Source of the DNA: Patellaria atrata CBS 101060
Lineage: Eukaryota
Length of the DNA: 64,000 bases
Assembly: GCA_010093705.1 (NCBI GenBank)
Contig: MU006093.1
Span: forward strand, 127,785-191,784
Reading direction: 5' to 3'
Shown here: piece after piece, positions 38,161-51,670 of the stretch
How positions within the stretch are numbered: position 1 is the first letter of the stretch
How the letters are laid out: each line of letters opens with the position of its first letter
Program-made: the position numbers and the translations under genes
Notes under the pieces: model-generated
The model's input: the letters and a program-made list of their open reading frames with translations, nothing else
The model's database searches: none
Told to the model about the DNA's origin: nothing

Positions 38161-39200
38161 TCATGGAGATATGGGTGCTAAGGGCTCAAATATTAAAGTC
38201 GAGCAATATGGCAATAACAAGATTGGCATTGAGTCTGCTACATCTAACCGATAACTCCCTCCCCTCTCTCTGGGGAAGTATATCGTACCTCGAAACGCCA
38301 CAATATCATCGTAGGAACTATCATGACTGCAATACGATGTCATTTCATCTTCCAGCCCAGCTATCATTGAGCTGTGCCGACGTCATCAGGAGTTTCGGTT
38401 GCTTCATCACTATCAGCGAGAGATGTCAAAGGAGAATCAACGCTATTCAAGAAGGATTCTAGTCAACGACGTCGTTCCTCAAGAATTTTTAGAACCCTCG
38501 CGTTCATCCTCAGCTTCCTTGCTTACCTACCCTTCTTCATTCCTAGCATCTCTGGGGCCGGGAATGGGTTTCATCTCTACGGCCTTGCGGTATCGCGCTT
38601 TTTCGTACCGTACAGTAGCTCGTCGGGTATCATTTTGAAAGGTCTTCCAACATGCTGAAGATCGCTTCGTTGGTCGGGAACGTGGGTCGGACCCTTCGTA
38701 AATCCTCGGTCATGCCCTTTAAAGGTCTCCATGTGGGCTCTTCTAGCTTAAACTGGAGTGCTTTCTGAAGCCATATAGATCAGTTGAAGAATTGAATCCG
38801 GACACAGATCATCCAGCGCCTGTCCTATCTTCTCCAGACTACCGTCGGCGATAAGGGTGTTGAAACTCATGTGAGAGGGTCTTGTCTGCTCAAGATCAGT
38901 AGCTGAACTGCGGACGGACGCTGCAATATTGTATACCAACCCGTTACTACCGTACGGCTCGTACGTCGTTCTATTCCTCCAAGCCCGTATCTTCATCACT
39001 GTCGAAATCTGTGCATGGATTGGATGAGCCCATGGCGTGCAAGCGGCTTTACACGACCCATTTGATATCTTGTCGCGCACCTTGAGATTATGGTGAGATG
39101 TATTGGCTGAGTCCAGTATGTTGTGGGGTTTTTGAAGGCGTTGCTGAGATTTCCCGGCACTATGGTACCTTCGGCACGCGCATATTGCCCCAAAAATCAT
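38161..39200 (-). pseudogene. Probable decayed gene of unknown family
   Basis: Protein-like fragments (ORF 38748-39200; QFKLEEPTWRPLKGMTEDLRRVRP; VRYEKARYRKAVEM; ORF 38161-38367) lie in shifting frames with stops. Confidence 0.3.
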
Positions 39201-40111
39201 CTACCAGGCCTATAGGGCATTGGTGTTTGTGAATGTGGTGTATGACTGACTTCATTGTGTCTGTAGATGACCATTTGACGTTGTTCACTCTGTTTGGTCG
39301 TTACGGCAGGAAAGACGTTCAACACGGCCCACGCAATGACAAATGCCTGTATAGTCGAGTATTCACGGGAATTGTGAATACCACCAATTTGGAAGACTTT
39401 TTACCGCTCAAATGAGGTGAAGTGCATCATTTCATATCCTAGATTTTTACCTCATATCGAATAGTTCAAAATTTCCGTCTGGTCAACCATCATCTTGTAC
39501 ATTGCATTTCCGGTCTACTATTTCTGCTAAGAGATTCAAGAGCTAGACTGCTCTGCACGTCTCCCGGTATTAGCCCAATTATTGTCTTTCTGGCTTTAAT
39601 CAGCTGTTCAACTTCTTTCCTTCAAACATGGTTCATGACTTGAGCGGTTTGTACTCGTCTGATCTTCTATTTTTAAGTATATCTGTGAATACTTGTACTA
39701 AAGGGATTTCTAAGACCAAGGAAGATATATAATATACAGTGAATTTACAATAATCCTACAACCTTTTTCGCAATAAGTCCTAATGAAATATTCAAATGTC
39801 GGTTCGGTCCTTTTCCAAGTTGCTCTCTACAAAGTACTCGCTGTTTTAGTATGTTTTTACTCTGTGGAAGATTTTCCAATTGCTTGTGTTCCTGAAGAAT
39901 CCCAATGCATTCTTATTGTAAAGTTAGAGTGGAGTCATTTTCCTGAACGTCGATTGACACATTATGGGATGGTTCTTGGATATTATGGACTTGGTAAAAT
40001 TGATCTTGGATTATCAGATGGATTAAATCTGTGATGATGATGGAACCACATGATACCGCTATGCAATGGCTTTCCGGGCGGTCCGGTCTTCTAGTGGTCC
40101 TTGTTCCTTAA

Positions 40112-42174
40112 TCAACCGCTATCAGAGTCGGATTCGATAGACATAGGGTTCTGGGGAGTTCCAGGTCCAGTGTACACTCTCCCGATTGGTGCTCGCGCAC
40201 GTTGACGGAAAGAGTTGCAAGAAGGCTCAGTTTGTGTGTTTGTCACGTATGCGGCGCCGAATGGTGTCACTTGGATGCCCGTACTAGCCCCATAACCATG
40301 TTGGATTCCAGGAGAGCCCATTCGGCTACGTAACAGGTATGCAGAAGTTATAGGAACCAGAGGATCGCGCGGGATGCTTCTAAGGGGCGGCACCTGATTG
40401 TCGTATTGTGCAGTTCCTCGGTCGGTTGATGTGGTACCGAATTGAGCATCCAGTGGGTCTGCGGTCGACGAAAAGGGTACGGATGGGAACAACGCGAGAC
40501 CGGAAGGGGCATTCTAGAAATCGTTAGTACGAAGATATTGAGAAAGAATTCCGTCGGCGTACTTCTCCGAGAGCTACTTGGTTCACCGGCATGAGAGTAT
40601 CGGACATCATCACTGGATTTTGAGCACATGGCATTATGGTACGCTGTGGTTCTTGCTGGATCTGCACAAGAGCACCAAACGTTGTCGGTCGCCCTCGAAT
40701 CCTGAGTTGGGCAATACGATCAAGGGACTGTCGAGCCGTTCGGGCTCTGGCTTTATGAAATTGATTCCACCCAGTATTGAAGGCGACACTACTATTGGAA
40801 TTGCGTGGTGGATTCTAAAATTTTTAGTCTGAACTTGTTGGATTGGGTGTTACTACGTACTGGACTATCGAATATTGATAGTAATTGCGGGTTTAAGACC
40901 AACACATTCGACATTGTTCCTGGCCTATGAGACGGCGGAAGCATGGCACGGGAATGTTCTTGGTTACTCCGTACAATAGCACCAAACATCATCGGAGGGT
41001 CTCGAAGTCGCAGACGAATTCTTCGAAGCGATCCTTGATTACCCGACGCCACAATATCAGGTGTCGCTTGTGGAGCTCGAGGAAGAATGAATCGACCCAT
41101 GTCCTGAGCTGCTTGGATAGCAGCCTCTGACATTACCGGCGCCTGTGGAAGTTCTTTAGCAGGCTCAGATTGTTCGAGAGCGGCCTTGCTTGCCCTCGTG
41201 CGACCTTTGTTGTTTCCTGTGGCCTTCGGCGCTTTGGTGGCTTGTCTAGCGGTCTTTTCGTGCTCAGGACTTTGATCATCTAGATCCGATGGTGGATTGT
41301 GGTCATCTGTGATAAGAGAATGCTTTCGTGGACGACCTCGACCCCGACGAGTAGGAGGCGGGGACTTCGTTGCTGGTTCTCTCAGCTGGTTCATGCCTCC
41401 CTCCTGAGGAGCAGATGCCGTGGACCTCGTTGCTGGTTCTTTCGGCTCCTTCATGCCTCTCTCCCAATCGCGTACCATCTTGATATCGTGGGCCATTGCT
41501 AGAGCGGGGTGACGGTATGGATCCATGCCGCGCTTCTTCAATTTGTTGAACTCTCGATCAGCTGTTTCAAGTTCTTCGTCGGTGTAAGGCCCGCGCGGCT
41601 TAAAGTTTGGGTCCATGTCCGGCGGGTAGTAAATCCCATAGCTTCGTCGCAATAGTACATTCGGGTCTTCCGGGTGGGGTTCGTCCGGTCGGTTGATTCG
41701 CTTCTTCATTGCGCGGATGATGTCTTCGATGTTGCCCGGTTCATATGTTTCAGTCGAAGTTCCAGCCCGAATACCCGGAAGTGCCGAGCGATGAGCTTCG
41801 TCCTGGACTTTAATAATGTCCTTCTTGAACTCGGGTTCTTTCTGACGGTATAACTTGTCGCGGGGTTCGACCTTTTCGCTCCAGTCTATCGGATCTTCGT
41901 CATCACTCCGCAAGGGTGATTCTGACTGGCGGAAGGGACACTTAGTAACTGGCTCAGGAGAAGTTACACCGGTAACAATGCGTCTAATACGCTGCCTGCG
42001 GCGCGCCTCGCGGGCGATTTGTCGTAACTGGTCTGCAAAAAATTCCACATCGTCTTGACTCTCAACTTCAAGAATGAGTTCACGCTCCTCCTCAGTCAGC
42101 TCAGCTAATAGATCCGGACGCATGATTGCGCTCCAGTTTTGATGTGAGACTCTAGGGTCTGAAGATCTGCTCAT
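40112..42174 (-). CDS. Orphan protein with an AT-hook motif and internal repeats; 3 exons (42174-40861, 40814-40563, 40513-40112)
   Basis: 460-codon ORF containing RRGRGRPRK. Introns 40815-40860 (GTACGT..ACTAA..TAG) and 40514-40562 (GTACGC..ACTAAC..TAG) give a continuous frame to TGA at 40112. Confidence 0.75.
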
Positions 42175-42707
42175 GCGAAGTAGCGTTGTTTATGAAAGAT
42201 TCGGCTTTGTATATGGATGAAAAATGATCGAATTGTGGTGGATGGAAAAGAGTTGGAAAACTTTAGTGTGTTGAACCTAAGAAATCGGATTTATAAGGAT
42301 CTTGTGGGCGATTGTTGTTGTTGTTTAACAAAGGTCACGCCTCAAAAGACACGACGCAGATCTCTACTACTCTACGGCTTCACCACCAGGCATAACGAAC
42401 ACCACGTGCAGTCGAAAAGTGTCACCGAGGGGCGGCCACAACTGAAGGTGCCAAGAATGAGCTTTATGCCTCTATCTGTTTCTGCATGACGATTTGTTAT
42501 CCTCACCGGCACACCTCTTGACGAACATCATCTGCATCATAACATTGACTACGCTCTCAAGAAGTATTCAATTTAGCTATTTCTATACCAAAACGTTGCA
42601 AATCTAAGTCAAGTCATATCTTAAACCCTCAAGCTCTGCAGATATACCCTCTATTTCTTGTCTATAATCTCATTACGCGACCATAAAGCATATTCAGAAT
42701 CATCAAG

Positions 42708-43157
42708 ATGGCCGAACGTATTGTCCGGAATTCCCGACCTTGCTTCTATGAACGGCAGGGACAAAACCGCACTGAACGCATCCACAGCAGCGCCCCCAGC
42801 CCCAAGCGGGGGATCCGCCGTGCTCGCAGCGCGTCCCCTCTACGTCCGCCCATGGACAGGCAACCTCTGTGTCCACAGTTTCGCGCAGAGATGGAGCGAA
42901 ATCGTAAGGAAGAAGAGAAGACGGAGGACGGGAGGAACAAGTGGGCAAAGATAGACTTGCGGTGGAAGCAAGCGGAAGAGAGCGAGCAGAAGAGGAAGGA
43001 GGCGTTACAGAGGATCAAGGAGATGAGGGAAGCGCAAGAGGAGTGGAAGCGGAAACCCGGTGGAAATTGTGAGGAGGGGGGACGGTGGGTCGACGACGAG
43101 GAGGATGCCATCCGTATGGCGACGGAGCACGCCCTTGAGTATCGCCAGCGCGAATAA
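42708..43157 (+). CDS. Hypothetical 149-aa charged, coiled-coil-like protein, divergent from the AT-hook gene
   Basis: ATG in CAAGATGG context after a pyrimidine-rich leader; Glu/Arg/Lys-rich helix; purine-rich coding-like composition. Confidence 0.5.
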   Translation: MAERIVRNSRPCFYERQGQNRTERIHSSAPSPKRGIRRARSASPLRPPMDRQPLCPQFRAEMERNRKEEEKTEDGRNKWAKIDLRWKQAEESEQKRKEALQRIKEMREAQEEWKRKPGGNCEEGGRWVDDEEDAIRMATEHALEYRQRE

Positions 43158-45247
43158 ACCAATATGGGCTCTTCGGGAAATATGATTTCCAATGGTAGTG
43201 GCGAAAGCGTTTTGTTGATGCTCTGATAATCAGATCGTCCGATAGAAATATGGGAGATATTTAAGGGATGCATGCGGGGAGAATAGCCTTACTGGAAAGT
43301 ATTTCTTTTGGTGCCTTGAAGAGTATCACAATGCAGTTATGACGAGGAATTCTGGGGCGATCGATGATGTCTGGTCTCCATTCTGCTTTATCACTCTACC
43401 TTAGTTCAGTGGACAATTTCTCTGCTTTGATGTAGTGATACTATACTCTTTGTTCGAATGAAGATCTACTCTATAGAGTTATAAAGAGGCGATGGTTCGT
43501 AGTCTTCGATGAGTATTATAGCAAATTCATGATATTGTGCGTCTATACGTCCTGATCTGGGGGGAATAAATTCGACCATTCTGCTGCTCTATCTTTGTCT
43601 CTATATACCTTACTATCTATATGTAGAAAGACCTACCGTGCTCCAACCACCTCCGCACATACCATTAGCTAGATTAGAATGGATGGACGTCTAAAGGGTA
43701 ATCCAGGACGATATCAAGCAATATCCCTATATCTATTCACGACCTCTAAGTTATGTAACGTCGATGTTATCTCTTTCCAACACATCGTCGCTATCTCACT
43801 CTTTTTTGCAATTACTATGCTGAGCTTATGGTCTTCTTCTTGCCTGCCGCGCGACTAGTAGGAACTGCCTTTTCCTTCTCCCTCACAGCCGCACCACACG
43901 CTATCTCCTAAGTTTCGATCCTCTTCCATTCGAATAAAATTCGGAAACGATATCATTTCCCCAATCATAACACTGGTAGAGACAGAGGAATTGTGAGCTT
44001 GCTCGATTGGGTTCCGCGAGGTGATGGAATATGCCCACGATTTCCCTTCCGCTGCTTCGTAGTATGGTTGCACCGTTGTGAGGAGCGGGTTATTAAACTT
44101 GATACCATATTTTCCAGTATCGTAAATTTGGAAAACTAGCAGATTATGTGGGATGTCAGAACCTCACCGCCGCACGCAGGAGAAGTAGATTTTTAGCAGA
44201 TCCCTCCAAGGTGCTTACAGCAGCAGAGGAGCGGCTGTGCGAGGTTGAGGCGCCGTGTTGTGAGGCAGTGTTTGCGCCATCGAAGGAGATATTGGAAGGT
44301 TGTGCATAAGTCGGTAGCCAAGAATCATGATACGGGCTTATGAAGAGGAAGAGGACAGACGACTAAAGATTGTGGTTAGAATATCTCGAGACTTCTGTAT
44401 CACCACCGCTGCGGCGCAGTGACAGATACGGTGGATATTTTACTATATGTAGACGAATCCTACGTGGCTTTTGTTATGAACCTCCGAGTTCGGGTCTAGG
44501 TATGTAAAGAGAGAGGCGTAATCAACACGAACAGTCCCTAAATACCACCCAATTCTTGGTGGGCCCAGTCGTAGATTGAGATGGGGAGATTTACGGTCTC
44601 TGCAAACCAAACGTTCTCGAAGTCCTTCTATATACGGTTATCCGAGAAATCGGATATACGTATCTCATATTGGTATTGGAGTCCATGGATGGCGGCTTTC
44701 AAGGAGATATATGGGCTGAATCTTGATCCTGGGTTGGTTTCCTCTGTGAGGAAGCACTTGTCATGATTGGACCATGCCGTCCCTGGGCTGTAATAGCAGC
44801 AAGTTCAGGCTGCTTCTTAGGGATGAAGTGAGAGTGTGTTTAATGAGAAACTACTAGGCTCTGATGTTATTAATAAGTGAGACGGAGTTGTACGAACTGT
44901 TAAATAAGGGTAACGGAATTGTTCTGACATGAGGCTCTTTGAGAGGTGGGAGAGGGTTGAGATATCTGGAAATACCTCACCTGAGCTAAGTCTCCATCCA
45001 GCCACTGTACCTCCAATCGTGTAATAGGAAGAGAAAATATTTGAGGATCATTAATACTTTAAATATCATACGACGAAAACCGCCACTACGTATTGAAACG
45101 CGGCGGGCCCTATATTCCTCATAAATGGTCCGAAATATCACTAGACGTTCCCCTACGCCACCCATATGAACGCCTTATAGACCACCTCGTCCGAAATAGG
45201 AAAAAAAAAACCTCAAAAAAAACCATACGCCCGTACGGAAACACCCC

Positions 45248-48200
45248 TTACGGGGTGGTATTCTTCTTCCCCCAGAACGACCAGCTCCCCGCCCCATTCC
45301 CGGCCATCTTCCTCTTCTCTAGGGCTGGAAACCCCTCGCTGTACTCTTGTAGAGTTTTCCCCTTCACCAACGCCTCGTACCTCCCCTTGTACTCCTCCAG
45401 CTCTTGCTTGAGCCGACTCTCCTCGTTCTTCGCATTGACGAGCTCCAGGAGGAGCGCGTCGTTCTCCATTGGTTCGTGGTTCTCCGTAGAGAACAGCTCT
45501 TGTGCCGCCAGTGAGGACGTACGCTTTGGGGGTCGCTGGGGAGAGGAGTCGCTGCTTTGCGACGAAACAAGCGGGGGGCGGGTTTGTTGGTTGGCGAGGA
45601 GAGTCAGGTTTAGAGGGGGAGAGTTGTAGGATGAGGATTGGCTGGAGCCCCTACGTACAGTGGCTCTCAGGTCTTGAATTTGGCGCTCAAGGCGCTGTCG
45701 CTCCCTGTGGCCGTCCTGCAGCCTCTTTCTTGCTTCTCGCAGCTCAGTTTTATCCTGCTCAGCTTGGCGGGACATTTCCAGTAGCTGAGTGCCTAGGTCG
45801 GCAGAATGCTTCCTCTCCCCATCTAACTGTACACGTGTATTCTCCAAAGCACCCTTTAGCTCGGCTTTCGTTTCTGAAGTAAACGAATCTGTACAACTAG
45901 GGGAAGAGAGCCTTGTTTCAACGGCGTACAGTAGCCGTTGAGTTTTGCTGGAGGGAACAGGTGAATTTTGCACGGTTGAACCGTTTTGTACAGAACGCAC
46001 CGGCCATGTGGTACGCCTGATGTCGTTAGAGGATTGGGGGTTTCGAAAATCGTATTGCAGCTGCTGAATGAGCTGCTTCATAATCTTATGGTCCTCTCCT
46101 TGATCTTCTTCGGACTTTCGTAATTTTCGTTCTGCTTCACGTAGAGCCCCTTCCACCTCCCTAAGGGCGTTTAATAGATCTCTTACAGTAGCATCCTGAT
46201 TGGAATCTTCTACATTGGCTCGAGAAGAGGACATTTTGATGGATGCTGATACGGAACTAGACTGTGACTTCAAGGAGAGTGTCTCGACGGAAAAGTCACG
46301 AGATATACTGGAAGGGTCGGTTAATACAGTACTATTAGTGCTTGCGTCTGTTGAAACCTCGAGTGAATTGAGGGTTGATGCTAGACTCTGCTTTGATGCC
46401 GTTCGTCTTAGGAAGCTCACCGGATGGGATGAAGATGTCAACCCTGGACTTAGAGCACCATATCTTGTAGATGCGTTCGATGGGGAGGGGGCCCACAAGC
46501 GACCTAAGAAACGTGCTGCCGCGGTCTGAACGTCAGGGAAGAAGCCCGCTTTGGATGCTGGGTCGTTCTTTTGATCTTCTTTGAAACCGACTTCAAGCGA
46601 ACGAAGTGTTTCCCGGGTGACGATGTTGGTGAAGGAGACAAAGTCGTTGACGAACTCATCCGCACTCTTGGCGTTTCTTCCGTAAGGGTCCCAGAGCGCG
46701 CGGGAGAGAAGGAGTTGCATGACATCCTCATACTCGCTGAAAGCCAGTATCTTACCCTCGTTACGCCGCATTATGGAAAGGCCTACTCTCATCATCGTCT
46801 CAGATGCACCCTCTGCGAATATCACATCATATATACGAAACAGCATTGGAAGGGGACAAGTGGTGGCAAAGAAAGATAGGAACCACTGCGACAGGTACGC
46901 TCCCTCAACTCCAACTTCATCCAGATGCGCTGCAAGTTTAGGCATATGTTGGTGTAGTAACTTTTGAAACTGGTAGATGCGTAGATGTAGTCCACACAAG
47001 TCTGGAAGAAAAGAGGATCGTAAGTCATAGTCTTCCATGAGTCTGTACTGAGAGTTAGAAATGGTACTAACGATTGCTGGGAGACAGTTGATGCGATTTC
47101 CTTACCTGACGAGGACACAGAACGCTTCTCTATCCCCCATCTGCATCAACAGAGGACCAACGAGGAAACCTAGCCCCTGACAATATCCGATCTTGTTGTC
47201 GTAGAGGCTAAAGCACTTCAGAACCCGACCCATCATCTTCTGACCTTCGCCCTCTGGATCTCGGAACATTTCAACCCCTGGAAAGCTACGACCGATATCT
47301 TTTCCGATCAGATTTTCGTAAGGACTTGACTCTCCGCACAACCGGTCGTACTCTGACTCAATCACTTTGTTTCGAGCGCCGGCCATGCTAATCCAAGTAA
47401 CACCTCTGAGCGGGGCCGGAATACCACCTCGAATCTTATTAAGAGTTAACGTAGGGAGCCGCTGGATGGTTTGTGGATAGTCGCGAACAAGGGCTGCCCA
47501 GAACTCCAGTTCAGTCATTGGAGGAGGGGAAGGGAGTTGAGAAAAGCGAAAGGCAGGTGCATAGTTCCCAGCAACAAGTTTCTTGAGTTTATTAAGGGAA
47601 GGAGGTCTGGACTGGCCGCGAGCCCGACTTCTTAAGGCAGACTTGGGATCTGTGGCAATGGCTTGGTTCTCCTGCTCTAGTCTAGCTAAAAGCAGAGCCA
47701 TTGACTATCGGATGTCAGCGAGACCCCTTTTTCCTAACGACAATTGCATCAAAAGTATACCTCATCTCCTATCTCATCCTTAGATTCTTGCTCTTCTTCC
47801 TCCTTCTCTAACTCCTTCCAGTCCACCTTTTCGCTTGTCGAGGAACCATCGCTATTACTACGGGACCTATCCCCAACCAACTGCTCCGTGTGACCCTCCT
47901 CGTTCTCGACAACTCCAATAGCTACCGTATCACTCCCTTCAGCCCCAATGTTAGGATCGCTATTCGTATTTACAGCCGCGCCTCGGAGTATATCATACGA
48001 ACTGACCCTTCTCATATGCGTTTGAACCGTTATTTCAGGCCTCACACGAGTGTGAGTGAAGGGCAGAGTGGTGCTTTGCTCCTCCTCTGCTTCTACAGGA
48101 TCGGATAGATGATCGGATAGGGTAACGGACACCATTGAGTCTGTGGGAAGCGGTTGAGAATCAACATGTGTTCGGGGAGATCTATTTTCGATGTGCGCGG

Positions 48201-48321
48201 ATACTTTTGGGGTCATTGGGCTCTCAAGAGGTGCTTCGATGCTAATTGAAGCTCTGCTAGGTGTGGATGTCTCTAAAGTCGGCTGGGACGACGCGAGAGA
48301 CTCGACCGCTGGCGCAGCCAT
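45248..48321 (-). CDS. GYP5: TBC-domain Rab GTPase-activating protein, Gyp5/EVI5-like; 3 exons
   Basis: TBC motifs GIPAPLRGVTW, IGKDIGRSFP (Arg finger), IGYCQGLGFLVGPLL (Gln finger) and YLSQWFLSFF; C-terminal coiled coils. Introns 47705-47760 and 47043-47105; first in-frame ATG at 48321. Confidence 0.88.
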
Positions 48322-51300
48322 GACGGATGTGGTTGACAACGAATTTTACTAAAGAAGGTGACTTTCAGTTCCTTGAGTTATGGACTAAGTGTTGACGCCG
48401 TCTAGACAGAATGTGGGAAAGCGTATACAACACAAAAAGTGCAGACAAACAATGCGTCGTTGATGTTTCAAATGAGTGTAGTGTCCTCCGTTAAGCGGAT
48501 AAGGAGAGTATTCGGTCTCGAGTGGCCAAACGAGTGAGGCCTACTCTGAGATGCAGTTCATATCAGAAGAAGGACATTAAGGACAGCAAGAATACTACTC
48601 GAGTATTCATGAAGGTCGACAAGGACGGTGGTGGGTGAAGAGGGCCATTTGGGGAGGATAATCCCCGTGCAGAGTAGTACTGGTAGTGGGAGGAGGGTTG
48701 CTTTATCTGAAGCCCCTGTTCAGGAGGCTTTTGGCTTCATCCACTTGCGCTTCTGGTTTGGTGTAAATTGTTAGTAAGTCTTTCCCTCCCCTCTTTACTC
48801 TCTTATAATTGGCGCCTGGTGACTGGATGCCATGGCATTGGCCAACGCGCCAAAATTGTATGCATGGGAACTTTACAAAGAGGTTTGGTGGGTGTGATCA
48901 TTCTGCAGAGGTTACACTTGGACATCTCGATCACATCAGAAGAGTAGAGGAACATCGGAGAAGGCCCGGATTTATATAGTGAAAAGGATTTATGATTTTT
49001 TTTATTATGATAGAGAAATAGCGATTCCATACCTCTATACTGTGTATCCGTACTGCAATACTATTTACTCTTACGGATAATCGGCGTGGCTGGGCCTAAA
49101 GCTGGAGAGAGTGGCGAGTTCAACGCTTAATTGAACATACAATCTCAACATCTTTCATATCTTCATCCCTTTGGCTACTATCAACACATCTTTTCCTCTC
49201 CTAGGTCTAGAATATTGCCCTGCTCGTGCGTATCCAAATCGCAGTGCCCTCCACAGTCATAGACTTAGCGTGGGAGTTCGGCTGGGTCGTCCGTATGCAC
49301 ACGACAATATGCTCGTAGGCTGGCCCAGATCGACTGACCATTTCAGCTGCTGGACTTCGAATTCTTTCGTATAGAATATTAAGAGTAAAATTCAAAGGCA
49401 GGTCTTCATATTCTTCTTTATTTTTTGATCATTTTCCCGATATGACTTTAGTCTCAGTAGTTTTCTTAATCTGGTCGTAATATGTCGCTATGCTCCTCTA
49501 TGCGCTCCCGACAACAAACCAGTCTGGCTCTCCTTAGTATCGTGTGATAAACAACCACTGAAGATCATTATACTGGAGACTAGAAGATCCCTTGAGCGTC
49601 ATAAATTCAACGACTTTCTATTTCGAAACAGCATGCTACGATGTATCGACCTTAATTCTAGCATTAGCAGCATATCTCACTATCCCCTTATATTTGACCA
49701 AAGACGCTTTATCATTTTGTGAATGGGTTGCTAACGAGGTCTAGTCGTGTCGGCTTAATCCAAACGAAATCATGCCAACGAGAGAGCTCGATCACTTTAT
49801 CATCGGTTATCAGGTTATCAGACATTTCGGTCAACCCCCGATAGCCCCATATGCAAGCTTCAGTTAGCATACGGCACTGGACCGGATCCAATGGCGTTAT
49901 AAATGATGCCACAGTACCTCAGGACTCTTTTAATAGTTCTTGCTCCTTTTTTTTTTTTTCTCTCAGCGGTTCCGTTGAGATTGTCATACCCTATTATGGA
50001 TACGGCCCTGGAACTGCCCAGGAAGGCGCCTACAATATCTATAGAAAGGTAAAGGGGTAGTAACCCTGGAGGGAACTAGCAAAATTCATCTTTTTCTTCC
50101 CCTCATAGCTGTACCCGACAACTTGGCGCCTATCTGTATCTCTATCCACTATTTCCTTGCTCCTCGGATCCTGCTGGCATCTGGGACCGCTCTAGTTTTG
50201 ATTCCACTGTTTTTACTCAATTGGTCCACATTATGTCTATTACCAAATTCCCAGTTTCTCCAGCTGGTCTCCGCTAAGCATAGCATATTCAACTGTTGAC
50301 AGGTTCTCTCATTGTAGTTCCAATGCTCTACTCTCATTCTGAGATTAGCATCCTTCTTGCCACAGGGCTAAGGTACGGTGTTCATTCTGCCTTACAATAA
50401 TGATACCAAATCACTCGAGCTGGGTTGTATCATAACAATAGTAATGCCGGGTATACGGTATACCCTATTACTTCAAGTGACAGAGGGTTTTTGAATGAGT
50501 GTCATACCCTTTCAAGTAGTATAGTTTCTTTGATATACTTCTCGTGTTTGTAGCAATCAGAAGTGAAGAGATTTCCGGAACCAATGGTATGTTGAGATGA
50601 TACGGAATGATTGCAGGAGAACTGGGCTTAATATCCCATGGACACAGGGCCTTAGTATTCTACTGTCATCGTCAGTACTGTGTGCACTCATGTCGGTCAG
50701 TGGCGCTTTGCGAGAAGGTAAGTTGATAAATCCTTTTCTCTTGTCGATAAGTTCGTTTCGATGGTGTCTGGGTGGATGGCTGCCACTGCGTAGCCTAATT
50801 GCATTCTATATGACCGTTGGAACTTGCTGACTTATATTTCTAGAGGCTTTGAGGCAGTTGAGTGGACCTATGGGAAGAGTAATTGTTCTTGTACAGCACA
50901 TAGAATGATATGCTGCCGCAATCGCCATCTTTTTAGCATCCCTCTCGCGTCTAGTTTGGATTCGGCATGTCTTCGCTCAAGGTTACTTTCAGACTGTGAG
51001 TTAAGGATACATGCAGTATTTTGCACATCCATAAGGTCTCTCGTTCCGTCTTCTTGCTACAATTTTGGGTTCATCCTGTTGCACTGCCTTCTATCCATCT
51101 ATTGAGATTCCCGGGCTCAGTCTCTGTCAATTCTAATACGTTCAAGAGGTACAATCGTATAATAACTGCAGTACAATCTTGAGTCGAAGGCGGCGTTCGG
51201 TGGCAGCATGAGCCGATAATCAAAAAGGTATGTTTGTCTTTCTGGATTGCAAAAAGAATTGCGGGCAATTTTATGCATTGTTCACGCAGAACAGCCCTTC

Positions 51301-51670
51301 ACTTTCTCACTGTCACTTCTCACTATCACTTTCGCAAAGTTCGCACTGTTTAATGACATCACGGCTACTTTCTTGGAGAATAACCGTAACTCGGTAATCT
51401 CTCCCGGCGAGGGTGCGTCTAGAGCTACGACGAAAGTTCTTACATAGGCAACCTTCTTTCTCTAACACTCTCACAACTTCAAACATTCTTTCTCCTCCAC
51501 AACCACCGCGCGTCTTTCTACTTACACGCATGATACTGCGTGCGTAGCCGTCTTTTTCCCAATCTTATCGCACAGCTACATTGCTCTCTGAGCAAACCAC
51601 CTTTCCCATCTTTCCATTACATCAAAATAACGTCAGCGCAAAACTTGTAAAGGCCCTGCTACATTCTAAG

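Noticed and set aside
45093..46967. Plus-strand ORFs overlapping GYP5, and similar shadow ORFs over other genes
   Set aside because: Antisense or alternate-frame shadows of well-supported genes, with no recognisable motifs.
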